Origin: Lysobacterales bacterium
GTDB taxonomy: Bacteria; Pseudomonadota; Gammaproteobacteria; Xanthomonadales; SZUA-38
Length of the DNA stretch: 64,000 nt
Assembly (NCBI GenBank): GCA_045106555.1
Contig: JBGCET010000035.1
Coordinates: 3,551 to 67,550 of the forward strand
Direction of reading: 5' to 3'
In this document: in pieces, positions 63,322 through 64,000 of the stretch
How the letters are laid out: each line of letters starts with the position of its first letter
Numbering within the stretch: the first letter of the stretch is position 1
Notes under the pieces: model-generated
The model's database searches: none
What the model was told of the DNA's origin: nothing
The model's input: the letters and a program-made list of their open reading frames with translations, nothing else
Program-made: the position numbers and the translations under genes

Positions 63322-64000
63322 CAGTGTGTATCGCCCTCGCTAGCATTGGGATTGTCTTCGATGTATTTCTTGAAAACGGTCCAGGACGTCTCGTTGGGTC
63401 GGCTGTCGTCCAACGGCGGTGGCGTCCAGTATTCCGGATAGCGTTCGTCCATAATTTTTACTAACTGCTCAGGCAGTTCGTCGCGCTCAAAGGTGCTGAA
63501 ACCTGTAGCGTTAAAAATCATCCAGCCTGGGCGGTCGCCCATTTTCAGCCAGGGCAGCCATTTGGCCACACGCACCCATCCCAGATGAGACTGCCCCAGG
63601 GACTTTGTGCGGTTATTGAGCAGCCGCTTACTGTTGTAGAAACTGTCGAAGATTTCCATGGCGTGGTAAGTGCCGCCCACGTACGGTTGATAATCGCCGC
63701 CCAAAGGATTGGTGTAAAACAGCGGTATCTCGGAGGAGCGGGCAGTCACCTCGCCGTAGCGGCGAAGCTTCATGGACAGGTTGGAGCTGCCGTCTTCTTC
63801 GAACTCAAAGCGCGGGCCGCGCATGTTCACCGGGTCGTTGGCAACGTGCAGCACCTTGATGGTTTCGCCGGTCCAGGGGTTGTCCCAGGTGTCGATGACC
63901 TCGCCGGTGGCCGGGTCCATGTACACCATAATTTCTCGAGATACGCTGCGGAATGAGCGGCCGCGCGTGGCGTCTTTGTCTACTCTGCACTGACGGACGT
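63321..64000 (-). CDS. DUF1838-like protein, 5'-truncated by the window edge
   Basis: The frame stays open from 63929 up to 64000 (..[34 protein letters not shown]..), so the gene starts beyond the window. The pattern [18 protein letters not shown] is DUF1838-like. Confidence 0.5.
   Translation of the reverse strand, partial: VRQCRVDKDATRGRSFRSVSREIMVYMDPATGEVIDTWDNPWTGETIKVLHVANDPVNMRGPRFEFEEDGSSNLSMKLRRYGEVTARSSEIPLFYTNPLGGDYQPYVGGTYHAMEIFDSFYNSKRLLNNRTKSLGQSHLGWVRVAKWLPWLKMGDRPGWMIFNATGFSTFERDELPEQLVKIMDERYPEYWTPPPLDDSRPNETSWTVFKKYIEDNPNASEGDTH

Noticed and set aside
1-64000. Window-wide look for CRISPR arrays, IS elements or transposases, integrases, prophage genes, toxin-antitoxin pairs and known defence operons.
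   Set aside because: I saw no regularly spaced direct repeats, no DDE or tyrosine recombinase-like ORFs and no phage structural genes. The only defence-flavoured element is the TIR domain, reported separately. This was a reading by eye and not an exhaustive repeat computation.

Overview
This is a gene-dense 64-kb chromosomal window in which I call 53 CDS on both strands. G+C is high: a hand count gives 58 G+C in the 100 nt at 13201..13300. Gene content fits an aerobic, probably marine Gammaproteobacterium (inference only). It has a full-length YheS-type ABC-F protein, two TonB-dependent receptors, and many exported hydrolases. I recognised no rRNA, tRNA, CRISPR array, transposase, integrase or phage gene. 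Recognisable blocks run as follows:
- (i) An Xds/ExeM-like nuclease, yheS, an M64 peptidase and a TIR-TM-TPR protein.
- (ii) A YtrA-type GntR / ABC exporter operon translationally coupled to a cytochrome-c/PQQ lipoprotein, followed by a TonB receptor and a Tat-signal MDR oxidoreductase.
- (iii) Assorted exported or periplasmic proteins: EF-hand protein, alpha/beta-fold protein, GGT, MscS-cNMP channel, and a 7-heme cytochrome-TPR fusion with a DsbA-like gene.
- (iv) A TonB receptor - nitrilase - AraC - aldoxime dehydratase cluster.
- (v) ocd/lrp, an MFS transporter, a 5'-nucleotidase and a DUF885 protein.
- (vi) A seven-gene same-strand cluster (52962..>64000): DUF1838, DUF1330, M23 peptidase, serine hydrolase, LuxR-type response regulator, 7TM sensor kinase, and a 1379-aa metalloprotease/VWA protein.

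The most unusual signals are modular C-terminal features that annotation by family would miss. First, a ~115-135-aa Cys-bracketed C-terminal module is shared by three catalytically unrelated exported hydrolases (M64, M23, serine hydrolase). Second, an identical extreme C-terminal tail, F-[AS]-[DN]-G-F-E-COOH, is found on three other exported proteins. Both point to uncharacterised sorting or anchoring logic for this organism's exoenzymes. They concentrate in the two-component-regulated cluster at the right end of the window. All functional calls rest on motif-level reading of the translated ORFs; no database search was possible.
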